From the IMG/VR virus record IMGVR_UViG_3300047157_000016, positions 1 to 38,197 of that record: DNA of 38,197 bases. One strand, given 5' to 3'. The translations under genes were made by a program, and so were the position numbers. Of this stretch, positions 24,835 to 34,356 are shown piece after piece. How positions within the stretch are numbered: the stretch's first letter is position 1; each line of letters opens with the position of its first letter. Below the pieces are notes generated by a model. That model searched no databases. It was not told the origin of the DNA and saw only the letters and a list, made by a program, of their open reading frames with translations. This stretch comes from a virus (lineage: Duplodnaviria; Caudoviricetes).

Positions 24835-25369
24835 GGAATACTCCTCTGTTCATAGAAGTAGCCGGTTCTTTCTTTGGTACCTTCTTTGGGTTTAATCTCC
24901 ATTCTGCTGTAGCTTCTTTACCAATTAACCCCTCACCAGTAGTAGGGGAATTGATAGGGCAGGGAGTCCCGGCAAATTTCATTGCGTCATACACCGACCT
25001 CGTTTGGCACATTAAAGCAACTGCTGCTACCTTCATACCCATATCATATAATACTTTAGCATTCTTTAATCTCATACAGTTCTCATCTGAGTAAGCCTGT
25101 CCTGTGCTGATACCTAGTATCTGTGTCTGTACTGCCCCACTAACTCCTACCATACATAAGTCACTATTACTTGCGTTAATGCTTGGACTAATCGCACTAG
25201 GTGGATTTGTCCTTATTGTACTCTTAGTATCTGTACTTGTTGTTACTGTGCTATTACTTGTACTGTTTGTAACAATTGGGTCAGCAGCCATTACTGGCAA
25301 TACAAACACTATCCAAAATGCTACAACTATAAAACCTGCAACTATATTGTTGCGTAATCTGTTAGACAT
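24776..25369 (-). CDS. Exported/membrane protein with four Cys (197 aa)
   Basis: N-terminal signal/TM, Ser/Thr linker, C..C..MCQ..AGTPCP core, C-terminal TM. Confidence 0.8.
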   Translation of the reverse strand: MSNRLRNNIVAGFIVVAFWIVFVLPVMAADPIVTNSTSNSTVTTSTDTKSTIRTNPPSAISPSINASNSDLCMVGVSGAVQTQILGISTGQAYSDENCMRLKNAKVLYDMGMKVAAVALMCQTRSVYDAMKFAGTPCPINSPTTGEGLIGKEATAEWRLNPKKVPKKEPATSMNRGVFLEKLVSGILGVILLAILVV

Positions 25370-25980
25370 TAGTCAGCTACTAAACTCACAAATGCAGGGT
25401 CTACTTCATCTGTAGGGTTAGCAGTAAAGTGTGTACACATATCTATATTTCTAGTGTGTGTAGTTGTAGCTGGTCCATAAGTAACATCACCATTTTCTGC
25501 TGTGTTCTTAACCTTTCTAGTTTCAGTATGAGGTTTATTCTCATAAGCCATAACACCAGCTAAATCTGATAGTGCATTAATAGCTGTCTTAATTGTTTCG
25601 TGTTCACTATACAAAGTAGTAGCATAAGTAGCAATGTTACTAGGCACAGCAGTACCACCTTTGGCTGCTCTTGACCAGTACCAGTCTATGTCTGCTAATC
25701 TACTGGCTACAGCACTTCTTGCTTTCTCTAGCATATTAGCTTTAAGCGTAGCTACATCTCTAGCTGTTGAGGCATATGTTCCTACTACCTCATCACCACT
25801 TGTGTCTACAGTAAACTCACCATTCCAATAGTATCGACTATCAGGAGTGACTTCTCTGTATGCCTTAATGCCTAGTGAGGTTAATGTAGCACTATCTCTA
25901 AAGATACCTTTAGGATATGTCACATCACTAATCACCATAGCTTTAGGTGTTTTAATTATTTGTCCGTTAAAGTACCACAT
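25369..25980 (-). CDS. Tail fibre-associated protein (possible chaperone)
   Basis: AGGAG RBS, directly follows the large fibre gene; LADIDWY motif. Confidence 0.6.
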   Translation of the reverse strand: MWYFNGQIIKTPKAMVISDVTYPKGIFRDSATLTSLGIKAYREVTPDSRYYWNGEFTVDTSGDEVVGTYASTARDVATLKANMLEKARSAVASRLADIDWYWSRAAKGGTAVPSNIATYATTLYSEHETIKTAINALSDLAGVMAYENKPHTETRKVKNTAENGDVTYGPATTTHTRNIDMCTHFTANPTDEVDPAFVSLVAD

Positions 25981-25988
25981 ATTCTCTC

Positions 25989-28900
25989 CTATCGAGCGTT
26001 ACTATTTTTAAAAGGTGTTTCTGCAAATGCTATGTAGATAATAGTTCCTGTATTTACATCTCCATCTGTTGTTCTAACTTTAAAGCCGTTTGATAATAAA
26101 TCTATCCTGTTTGCATCTGTTTCAGAATTAGATATATTTGCAAATAATGTATCATTAGAACCAGAGCCATTGTAAGCCTTCTCTTTTATTATCATTTAAA
26201 AACCAATGACCTGTAGAATCACTTCGTTTTCTTATCACATAAGCTGGCTCTAAAACCTGTGTAAACAAATGTTCCATCAGCATTAGAATTACCAGTATAT
26301 GAACCGACCTTAGAGTAGCCATCTACAGAGTGGAAACAGTAGGCTATGTAGTCATAATCAGCATTAGCATATGTTGTATTTCCTATCGAAAACACAGTTG
26401 AGGTTGGTGCTGTATTTTGCCAAACAGTTGTATCGGTATCGGCTGGTGAACCAGAATCAAGATATATAACTTTATTAGTTCCCATACTAAAGTTATAAAC
26501 ACCCCAGTTTGTAGCGGCTCCTCTATTTTTAGTAAGTATCATCTCAGGTGCTTTAGACAAACCGTGACCAACTGTAGCATTAGCTTCTGTTCCTGTGATA
26601 TTTAACAATACTAAACCCAGCATCAACGTATTAACACTAACTGTAGAAGTTATAGAGCCATTAGTATTAGATGAGCCACTACCGTTTGCTTTCCAGTTCC
26701 AAGCTACATAAGTATACACCTGAATCACAACTCTCTGTTCCTGAAGTACCAAGTATAACCATCAGTATCAAAAGTAATGTATTGTCTGTAGCTTTCTGCC
26801 TTCAGCATTAGCGTTACATGCCTTAGTTAATAACCTCTAACGCACAGCATCATAAAGCATATTCCATTTTGCAGCAGAACGACTTTCTTTAGTCCACACT
26901 AAATCTAGGCTGAAATCCAATATTTGTAATGCTTTGACCAGTACCAGTACCAGTATAAGTTACAGCATCAAAATGCTCACTAGGTGTAACAGCTAGCGTC
27001 AGGTAAGTTCTTTGTACATAAAGCTAAGTAACCTGTAGGTGGTGTGTAGTAGAAGTCACCTATGCCATTACCATCTTGATTACCTTGTGGTGTCTTGTTA
27101 CCAGCAAAAGAGGAGTCTTGACCGAAGTTGGCTGTTACTTGCGAACTGCCTGTACCAGCTTGTACTGGATTGTAGTATTCAGAAGTAGAAGTAACAGCTA
27201 TAGCAGTACCACTATTTTGTACTGTATTGTTTTTATAAAATTTTATTTCATTATCATCAAGATTTAAAGCAACTCCTATAATATCGCCTGTTGTATAGCT
27301 ACTTCCATAAGATGAAGAAGAATCATTGACGTGTTTATTACCATCTTGTTTATAATAAATAGATGGGTTTCCTTGAAACATATCAGCAATTGCTTTAGGA
27401 TTATTATTTGATGGAAAAATTCCAATAGCACAAGAACTACCTACTGCTTTAATTCTGTTTTCCCAATACCATTTTCCACTTGTAACACCAATAGTCGCAG
27501 TTCCACCTTCATTAGCAGAAGTACCACCAGAACCATAAGCGTTCAGATTTCCTTCTGTCATTGCAGTTCCACCGTCATACGATAAAGGATTCCAAGTAGC
27601 AAAGTTATTGCTTGGACTATCAACCATTATATCTGACTCTGTTAGGTTATTACTTGTCCAGTCATTATTGTTACCACTTTGGTCTAGCCAGTATGCGTAC
27701 TCTCGTTTGTCAGCGAAAGCTGCATATAGATGTAAGTATTCACCTGAAGTGTTAAGTCTACTGTTGTATGTTTAATTTGAAATCCATGTAGAAGTAAAAT
27801 TTACAGCTTTCGTAATCAGTACTTTCTGCATCAGATAAATCTGCTTTTAGGATAGCATTTCCTTACCTTGTGTTCTGTCAGGACTTCTCTAGTATTGAAT
27901 CATACATCATACCATTGTTAGCACCACCAGCATCAGTTGAACATTTTAATTATTACGAACGCTGGGGCTTGAATCCTGTTGTAACTACTCGTGACCTGTA
28001 GCAGAACCATTGCCAGTGTACCAATACTTACTATACCCAGTTACATCGAATGGAAACAGCAATTGTAGGCTCCAGAACTATTGATTAGCTGTCATCGCCA
28101 TTTACAGAAGAATCATTACCTACTGAAAATACTGTAGAAGTAGAGTGCTGTATCATTCCATCTAGTTGCATGAAGTATCATCACCACCTGTAAGAATTCA
28201 GTCTTAAGATACTTATAGTGATATTCCTAATGCTAGCCATTTGATGGTTATACACTATCCAGTCAGTTGCTTCCTGATTGGTCACTGTGTTTGATTATCA
28301 TCATCTCTATAAACCGTGACCTGTCCATAAGAAACTAACTCTGTCCATAAGTATTTGCTTTAACCCTTGAGTCTATTGAGCCAGTTGTATTGTAGTCTGA
28401 GATACTATCCATACCACCAGCAAATGCCATATAGATGTAAGTTTCACCACTTCCGTTTGAATTACTTGTTGTATTTTTTATTTGAAACCCAGTATCAGTA
28501 AATTCAATATCTCTGCCAGAAGTTAATTCTGCATTACTAAGATTTGCTTGTACTGTATTTGTAAGAGGATTAAGCGGATTTCTAGTATTATCCCAAATTT
28601 CCCAACCACCTGTATCTGAAGAAATCTTAACCATTACAAAAGCTGGTCTGAACCCTGTTGTAATTGTCGGACCTGTAGTAGAACCATTTCCTGTATAGCT
28701 TCCAAACTTGCTGTAATTTGATACCGAATGAAAACAATACGCTACCATTTCGTTACCATTACCATTCCAGTCTGTATGTCCACCAGCATCAGAATCAAAA
28801 GTAAAAGTAGAAGATGAAAAAGTTATTCTATACCCAGTAGAACCCGCATCAGTACCAAAAATAAATCTTTTATTGCTTACAGTATCTTGAATTCTCCATT

Positions 28901-30361
28901 GCGTATTACTGCTAGTTCTATTTTTAATAATAATAAGTTCAGGAGAAGATGATAATCCGTGTCCAACACTTGCACCTCCTGTTGAATTACCTGTCCAAGA
29001 TACAATTGATTGCCCATATGTAGTATTGGCTCTGACTTGTGAACTAATGCTACCACTTGTATTAGTAACAGTAGTGTTGCCCATATCCCAACCCCAAGCT
29101 GCAAAGTTATGTCCAGAACCATCTCCATCAGAACCATACCCAGTAGAAGTAGTAAAGCCATCAGGATTAAATTTAGTAATACCTCCAGCATCTTCTGCAC
29201 CAGTTCCATTAGCTTGTAAGCGTTTTTGAGTGCCTCTAACAATATCATTTATTGAATGTGCTTCTGCACCATCTCTGTCTTTAATCCAAACTAGCGAAGG
29301 GGCAAAGCCAAATCCGTCAACTTGATGTCTTGCACCTCCACCTTTATAAGCAACAGCACCAAAACCAGTAGGTGTATCAGCACCCATATCCCAGTTCCAA
29401 GCTACGTGATTACCCGAACTATAATTAACTGAAGGGTCAGTACCTACTGAAAAACCATCAATATTTCTTGCTGTTACAAAATTTGCACTTGTGGTTTCTG
29501 CATTGGTTAAATTTGAATATAAAACACTACTTTGTCCTCTTACAATATCACTTAAAACGTGATTGTCAGCGTGACTTCTCATTTTAACCCAAGTTAAATC
29601 AGGCTTAAACCCAGTACACCGCCTATATAATGTCCATAAGTACCATTACCTTTATAAGTAACCGTACTAAAACCTTCTACTGTATAGTCATTTTTAAACG
29701 GTAGGTAGAATCCATTAGTACCATAAGTGCCTGAATACTCTATAGGCTTCCATTCACCGTAGTCACCTGTTTCTCCGAAGTCTGCTGGGGTTAATGCTTG
29801 TCCATCTATGAAGTTTACTTCTGCTAGGTAGCCATCCATACTACTACTTAGTGAACTTGATGCGGATTGCGCGCCTATTCCGTGAGGAACATTGTTATTA
29901 ATATATGATTCTTGATTTTGTGTAGGATAGTTTTCAATTTCAAAACTTGTTATTTGTTCACCATTAACATAAATTTTTACTCTATTTGATGCTGTTGATT
30001 GTGTTGTATCTACAGCAAGTACAATATGATACCAAGCAGAAGAATCACGAAATTGTTGGTTAGTCAGCAAATAAGCATAGTTTGAAGCAGCACCAGTTTG
30101 AAAAAATCTAAGTGTGTTATTGTTTTTAAATGCTAAATAATCAGAGTCAGAAGGAGTAGATGTGTTTTCACCTACAAAAATATTACCACCAAAATTAACA
30201 CTTCTTTTTATCCAACAACTAAAAGTATAAGTTTTACGATTACCAGCACTAGCAAAAGTTGTGCTTAAATGTGGTACACGACCATCTTCAAACTTTAGAC
30301 TCTGCTCTAACTCGTAAGCCTCTCCAGAAGCATACATCCATTGTGGTGAACCTATTGCCAT
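25989..30361 (-). CDS. Large tail fibre / receptor-binding protein (about 1450 aa; LamG lectin, SPRY and repeated GF.P..VWIK / VGHGL..PE domains), fragmented by indels in this sequence
   Basis: Collinear fragments 29594-30361, 28335-29582, 26980-27627, 26219-26752 and 25989-26195 share repeat motifs (Y.GNG, YCFHSV..YSK.GSYTGN, YIY.AFA). Motifs continue across frame breaks. Confidence 0.75.
26980..27627 (-). CDS. Internal fragment: SPRY-like domain
   Basis: GKWYWE, GDIIGVALNLD, FYKN, ANFGQ. Confidence 0.7.
   Translation of the reverse strand: MVDSPSNNFATWNPLSYDGGTAMTEGNLNAYGSGGTSANEGGTATIGVTSGKWYWENRIKAVGSSCAIGIFPSNNNPKAIADMFQGNPSIYYKQDGNKHVNDSSSSYGSSYTTGDIIGVALNLDDNEIKFYKNNTVQNSGTAIAVTSTSEYYNPVQAGTGSSQVTANFGQDSSFAGNKTPQGNQDGNGIGDFYYTPPTGYLALCTKNLPDASCYT
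28335..29582 (-). CDS. Internal fragment: repeated beta-rich fibre domains
   Basis: Continues in the shifted frame from GFKPDLTWVK; two repeat units. Confidence 0.7.
   Translation of the reverse strand: MRSHADNHVLSDIVRGQSSVLYSNLTNAETTSANFVTARNIDGFSVGTDPSVNYSSGNHVAWNWDMGADTPTGFGAVAYKGGGARHQVDGFGFAPSLVWIKDRDGAEAHSINDIVRGTQKRLQANGTGAEDAGGITKFNPDGFTTSTGYGSDGDGSGHNFAAWGWDMGNTTVTNTSGSISSQVRANTTYGQSIVSWTGNSTGGASVGHGLSSSPELIIIKNRTSSNTQWRIQDTVSNKRFIFGTDAGSTGYRITFSSSTFTFDSDAGGHTDWNGNGNEMVAYCFHSVSNYSKFGSYTGNGSTTGPTITTGFRPAFVMVKISSDTGGWEIWDNTRNPLNPLTNTVQANLSNAELTSGRDIEFTDTGFQIKNTTSNSNGSGETYIYMAFAGGMDSISDYNTTGSIDSRVKANTYGQS
29594..30361 (-). CDS. N-terminal fragment: concanavalin A/LamG-like domain
   Basis: TFSCWIKR, AWYHIVLAVDT, IYVNG, YLAEVNFIDG. 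Confidence 0.75.
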   Translation of the reverse strand: MAIGSPQWMYASGEAYELEQSLKFEDGRVPHLSTTFASAGNRKTYTFSCWIKRSVNFGGNIFVGENTSTPSDSDYLAFKNNNTLRFFQTGAASNYAYLLTNQQFRDSSAWYHIVLAVDTTQSTASNRVKIYVNGEQITSFEIENYPTQNQESYINNNVPHGIGAQSASSSLSSSMDGYLAEVNFIDGQALTPADFGETGDYGEWKPIEYSGTYGTNGFYLPFKNDYTVEGFSTVTYKGNGTYGHYIGGVLGLSLI

Positions 30362-30362
30362 A

Positions 30363-31448
30363 TTATGCGAAAGCCAATTGTGGAGTTCCTAGTAAAATTC
30401 TTCCTGAAGCAACGACAACATAAGGAACAATGTCAGTTGCCGAAGCTGTAGATGTTAGTGTCAGTCCAGCACCACCAGCAGTTTCGTAATCTGTACCTAG
30501 AGATACTGTACGAGAGCCTGTGCCATCTTGGATAAATGTAATAAAGCCAGACTGTCCTACTTGCTCAGTAGATGGATTAGCTAGAGTTACATTACCTGTA
30601 AGTGTAAGTACAAAGTTTTGATTAGCAGCAAAGTCTAGTGTGACTGAACCTGTGTTAGATGTATCGGTGTCTGTTGTAGCTATTCCTGTTCCTGTTATTG
30701 TGACACCATTTGCAGTTGTTTCAATTTTTTTACTGTTATCGTGATAAAGTTTTACTGCTCCATCTGCTAACACATCAACACCACTAGCACCAGTTTTAGG
30801 TTTTAAATAAATTTGCCCATTTGTGTCCTGTAATATTAGGCTACCTTCTGTGTTATAAATATAGCTCGTACTACCATCGTGATATATTTGTAAATCACCA
30901 CCACTAGCCGAACCAACTTCTAACTTAACATTATCACCAAGTATTAAATCACCTGTCATAGTGCCACCAGTCTTAGGTAGAGCAGCATTAGCAGTAGTAT
31001 TAGCTGTTACACCTGTGGCAATATCTGTGTTAATTGAGTTGGCTAGTTTATCTGCTGTTACTTGGTCATCACCAATATGAGCAGTATCAATAGAGCCATC
31101 TACAATATGTTCTGAGTCAATAGAGTCATCAGCAATCTTAGCACCTGTAACTGCATCAGCAGCAATAGTAAGTGCAGTTGCACCTGTCACATCTCCTGTG
31201 TGAGTAGCATTTGTTACTTTAGCTGTATTGGCTGCAATTTCAGTATTAATAGAGTTAGCTAACTTGGCTGCTGTTACCGCATCATCAGCAATCTTAGCTG
31301 TTGAAATAGAGCCATCAGCAACCGAAGCTCCTGATAGTAAATTAGTGGCTGTTACTTTTTTAGAAGTACCGCCATCATTGATTAATAATTCCTCACTACC
31401 TCCTAATGAAGTTTTTGCTGGTAAGGCTGATACTTTAGTTGTTGCCAT
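30363..31448 (-). CDS. Tail fibre protein (361 aa)
   Basis: Repeats IADDAVTAAKLANSINT / IGDDQVTADKLANSINT, GGTMTGDL, DLQIYHDG, IQDGTGSRT. Confidence 0.8.
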   Translation of the reverse strand: MATTKVSALPAKTSLGGSEELLINDGGTSKKVTATNLLSGASVADGSISTAKIADDAVTAAKLANSINTEIAANTAKVTNATHTGDVTGATALTIAADAVTGAKIADDSIDSEHIVDGSIDTAHIGDDQVTADKLANSINTDIATGVTANTTANAALPKTGGTMTGDLILGDNVKLEVGSASGGDLQIYHDGSTSYIYNTEGSLILQDTNGQIYLKPKTGASGVDVLADGAVKLYHDNSKKIETTANGVTITGTGIATTDTDTSNTGSVTLDFAANQNFVLTLTGNVTLANPSTEQVGQSGFITFIQDGTGSRTVSLGTDYETAGGAGLTLTSTASATDIVPYVVVASGRILLGTPQLAFA

Positions 31449-31450
31449 GT

Positions 31451-31642
31451 TTACTCCGTAATAATATAGTCAGGACTAGCATCACTAGATGACTCAGTTA
31501 TAAAATACAAGCCAGTTGATTCTGTTTCTATTTCTTGTTCAGGAGAAGCAGGAGGACCTACTGGTGTATCATCCCACCCTCTCCTTCTAAATAAATAAAC
31601 AGGTACAAACTTTCTTTGTTTTCTAGTTAACTTATATGCCAT
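31451..31642 (-). CDS. Small hypothetical virion-associated protein
   Basis: Coupled ORF. Confidence 0.65.
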   Translation of the reverse strand: MAYKLTRKQRKFVPVYLFRRRGWDDTPVGPPASPEQEIETESTGLYFITESSSDASPDYIITE

Positions 31643-32226
31643 TACTCTAACCTGTCTAAAAGTTTTTCACGTCCAATGTTTCTACGTTGTTCTATATCTG
31701 CTAACTTATCTGTAAATTGTTCTACTAATGGAGCATAAGAAACATCTACTGGTACAACTTTCTTTCTTGTTGGAAGCTTTTCTTTATATGCTTCTGGCTC
31801 TTTAAAATTTGTTTTAGCTTTTGTATGACTATCTTTAGGTGTAGCCATTAATCCTTTTGGCTCAGGTAAAGACGACATCTTAGGTAAATCTTTTGTTTCT
31901 TTATGTGCTTTTAATTCTGCACCTGACTCTACTGTAGGTTTAGAATAACTCCTGTCCTTTACTGAATCTAAGTTATCTTCTCCACTTAACATCTGGTCTA
32001 GTATGTCATGTATTTCACTTGTTTCTTCCTCAAAAGAACCTTGTTCGTTATTAAACTGTAGACCATTTTCCTCTAAAAAAGAAGCTAGTTCTTCCGGAGA
32101 ACCTGTAGGATTTTCAACTTTAAATACTTGTTCAAGAATTTCATTATAAAGTTTTGCAATCTTTTGCTTTATCTTATCTAACTCTAAGTCTAAAGCACTG
32201 TCATCAAATAAATCAGCTATATTCAT
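31642..32226 (-). CDS. Hypothetical protein
   Basis: AGGAG RBS, downstream of the capsid gene. Confidence 0.75.
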   Translation of the reverse strand: MNIADLFDDSALDLELDKIKQKIAKLYNEILEQVFKVENPTGSPEELASFLEENGLQFNNEQGSFEEETSEIHDILDQMLSGEDNLDSVKDRSYSKPTVESGAELKAHKETKDLPKMSSLPEPKGLMATPKDSHTKAKTNFKEPEAYKEKLPTRKKVVPVDVSYAPLVEQFTDKLADIEQRRNIGREKLLDRLE

Positions 32227-32248
32227 AGTTCTCCTAATTAGCTAAATA

Positions 32249-32273
32249 TAACCCCCTCATGTAGAAGGGGTTA
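32249..32273 (-). terminator. Probable terminator/attenuator after the capsid gene
   Basis: On the - strand TAACCCCTTC-TACAT-GAGGGGGTTA, then TATTT. Confidence 0.6.
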
Positions 32274-32288
32274 CGGTTTAACTAACTA

Positions 32289-33245
32289 TTATCTGTCAGT
32301 TACAAAAGCGAAACCTGAAGCGTCACGCATCTCACCAACACCATAGATAGTGTCAGCAGTATACAAGTCACCTAGGTACTCTTGCATGTAAGATGATTGT
32401 GAACGTACTCCTAGTTGCTCAACTAGAGCCATTGCGTCTTTGTGTAGAACTAGACCAATGTCATGTACAACTGAACCAGTAGCACACTGAGTAGTACCCA
32501 TAGCGTTAGTAACATATACATCAACACCGTAGATTTGTCCAACCTTACCAGTTTTGATTGCATTACCATCACCAATGAACGCTTGCTCAGTATAACGCTG
32601 AATGCCTAACATGTCAGTGTACTGACGTGGAGTTAGAACAATTGCACGTCCATCTTGAGGTACGTCAGCTAGGTCTAGCTTTTCAATCATACCACGAATT
32701 GCTGCATCACCACCAGTTGCTAGTGAAATAGCATTACCAGTACCTGAACGGTCCCAGTCAGAAAGTACACCAGCATTAGTAAATACTTGTGCCTTGTTCC
32801 AACCTGAGTTACCTGCTGTACCGTTACCACCGTTAAGTGCTGCTGCTTTGTTAAACAAGTCTAGGTCGACCTGTGTGCTTAGAGCATAGCCAGCATCTTC
32901 TGTGTAGAATCTACGTAGAGAACTCAATGCTTGAACCTCTGCCATATCTTCAATTAGCACTGAGTATTCATAGTGCTTATCAATGCTTAGTGCTGTGTTG
33001 CCATGAGTATCGCCTTGAATCTTTACTAGCGAGTTCTCTCCCTTTGAAGTTGCTGAACCACGTACCGGTGTTGGGATGTTGATTGTGTCACCCTTCTTAC
33101 CTTTGTGGTTGATGCGAGTTACCAAATTAGCTAATACTAAGTTCTTTTGATAACTGGCAATAACTTCGTCACTCCACAACTCTGGAATAAAAGTTGCAGC
33201 TGTAGTGACTGTTTGGTTATTAGTACCAATTACACCTGTTGCCAT
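32289..33245 (-). CDS. Major capsid protein
   Basis: FIPELWS, KGDTINIP, ADTIYGV; follows the scaffold gene. Confidence 0.9.
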   Translation of the reverse strand: MATGVIGTNNQTVTTAATFIPELWSDEVIASYQKNLVLANLVTRINHKGKKGDTINIPTPVRGSATSKGENSLVKIQGDTHGNTALSIDKHYEYSVLIEDMAEVQALSSLRRFYTEDAGYALSTQVDLDLFNKAAALNGGNGTAGNSGWNKAQVFTNAGVLSDWDRSGTGNAISLATGGDAAIRGMIEKLDLADVPQDGRAIVLTPRQYTDMLGIQRYTEQAFIGDGNAIKTGKVGQIYGVDVYVTNAMGTTQCATGSVVHDIGLVLHKDAMALVEQLGVRSQSSYMQEYLGDLYTADTIYGVGEMRDASGFAFVTDR

Positions 33246-33268
33246 TTATATATCTCCTATATATCTTA

Positions 33269-34078
33269 TTATTTTACCCTCCCCTCTGCGTAAGCCTCGT
33301 AGATTTCATCTTCTAAACTCTGATAACGCTTTGGGTCAGTCTGTTTTAAACGTATTAAATCAGCACGCCTGTAAATCTTTTTACCAGCTGTTGACTCACC
33401 GGAAGCTCTTGATACTCCTTCACCTGCTTTTATCGCAGTATCTCTTTTAGTCTTTTTGCTTTCATTTACTTCTTTCGTCTTAGAAATCATTTGTCTTTCT
33501 TTCCAAGTCGTAAGCAGTTCATTGGCTGCGTCAAAGTCATAAGAGTCTGCTTCTTTATACAAGCGTTGTCTTATCTTACTTCCATTTACCCACTCCTGAA
33601 ATCCTCCGTCAGTGATGACTTCTTGGAAATCTGGATGTGCTTTTTCGAGTTGTTGGGCAGTTAAAGCAGCTTGTTGCTGTTGTGTCTGTTCCGAAAACTC
33701 TCTGAACCTAGGATGATTATCTATAATTTGCCTGACTGCTTCTTCAGGATTATCATAAAAATCTGCTGGCTCACTTGTGGTAGTCTGTTGGCTTTGCGAA
33801 CTTATCTGTGATTGCAAATAAGAATCAGTAAGCTTTCTAAGTTCACCAATCTCTTGCCCTTTCCTACCTAGTTCTTTCTCTAGGTTCTCATAGGCTTCAG
33901 CTATTTCTGATGAGGACTTACCTTGAAATTTCTTAGGAAGCTCAGGCTCTGTTGTTTCTTGCTCTTGAGTTACTTCCTCGTTGACTTCATCCTCTACAGC
34001 TAATGCTTCTAAAGATTCGTTTACTTGCTCTTCTACTGGTTCTTCATGAACCTCAGGGTCTACAATTTTACTACTCAT
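33269..34078 (-). CDS. Capsid scaffolding protein
   Basis: Acidic N-terminus, PKKFQGKS..YENLEK, C-terminal AYAEGRVK. Confidence 0.85.
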   Translation of the reverse strand: MSSKIVDPEVHEEPVEEQVNESLEALAVEDEVNEEVTQEQETTEPELPKKFQGKSSSEIAEAYENLEKELGRKGQEIGELRKLTDSYLQSQISSQSQQTTTSEPADFYDNPEEAVRQIIDNHPRFREFSEQTQQQQAALTAQQLEKAHPDFQEVITDGGFQEWVNGSKIRQRLYKEADSYDFDAANELLTTWKERQMISKTKEVNESKKTKRDTAIKAGEGVSRASGESTAGKKIYRRADLIRLKQTDPKRYQSLEDEIYEAYAEGRVK

Positions 34079-34134
34079 GCTTCTTACCTCCGTCTTTTAA
34101 GATTATGGGGGTTATAAAAATGTTAGAGCTGGTA

Positions 34135-34356
34135 CTAATCCAGTTGTTCTAACGCTAGTTTGGTAGCTTCCTCTAAATTAATAAACATGTTTAGGAAAGA
34201 TACCTGTCCTCTACGTAAGTGTAGAGTCTTTTCATCTTCAATGTCATAGATTTTTTCAAGTGACTCTGCTAGTTTAGTGTACTCTTCTAACAATACACGC
34301 CAGCCATCATGTTGAATCATGTCTAATCGTTGTTCTAATACTTCTCTATCTGTCAT
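34135..34356 (-). CDS. Small conserved-type protein after portal
   Basis: GW...RRGQ pattern; ATGA overlap with the portal gene. Confidence 0.7.
   Translation of the reverse strand: MTDREVLEQRLDMIQHDGWRVLLEEYTKLAESLEKIYDIEDEKTLHLRRGQVSFLNMFINLEEATKLALEQLD

Noticed and set aside
27628-28334. Apparent 700-bp non-coding gap, ncRNA or stop-codon recoding
   Set aside because: Fibre-repeat motifs are readable in shifting frames, so it is garbled coding sequence; all other genes use the standard code.
25989-30361. Diversity-generating retroelement or shufflon acting on the tail fibre
   Set aside because: No reverse transcriptase, no recombinase and no template/variable repeat pair seen; the changes are indels, not adenine-specific substitutions.
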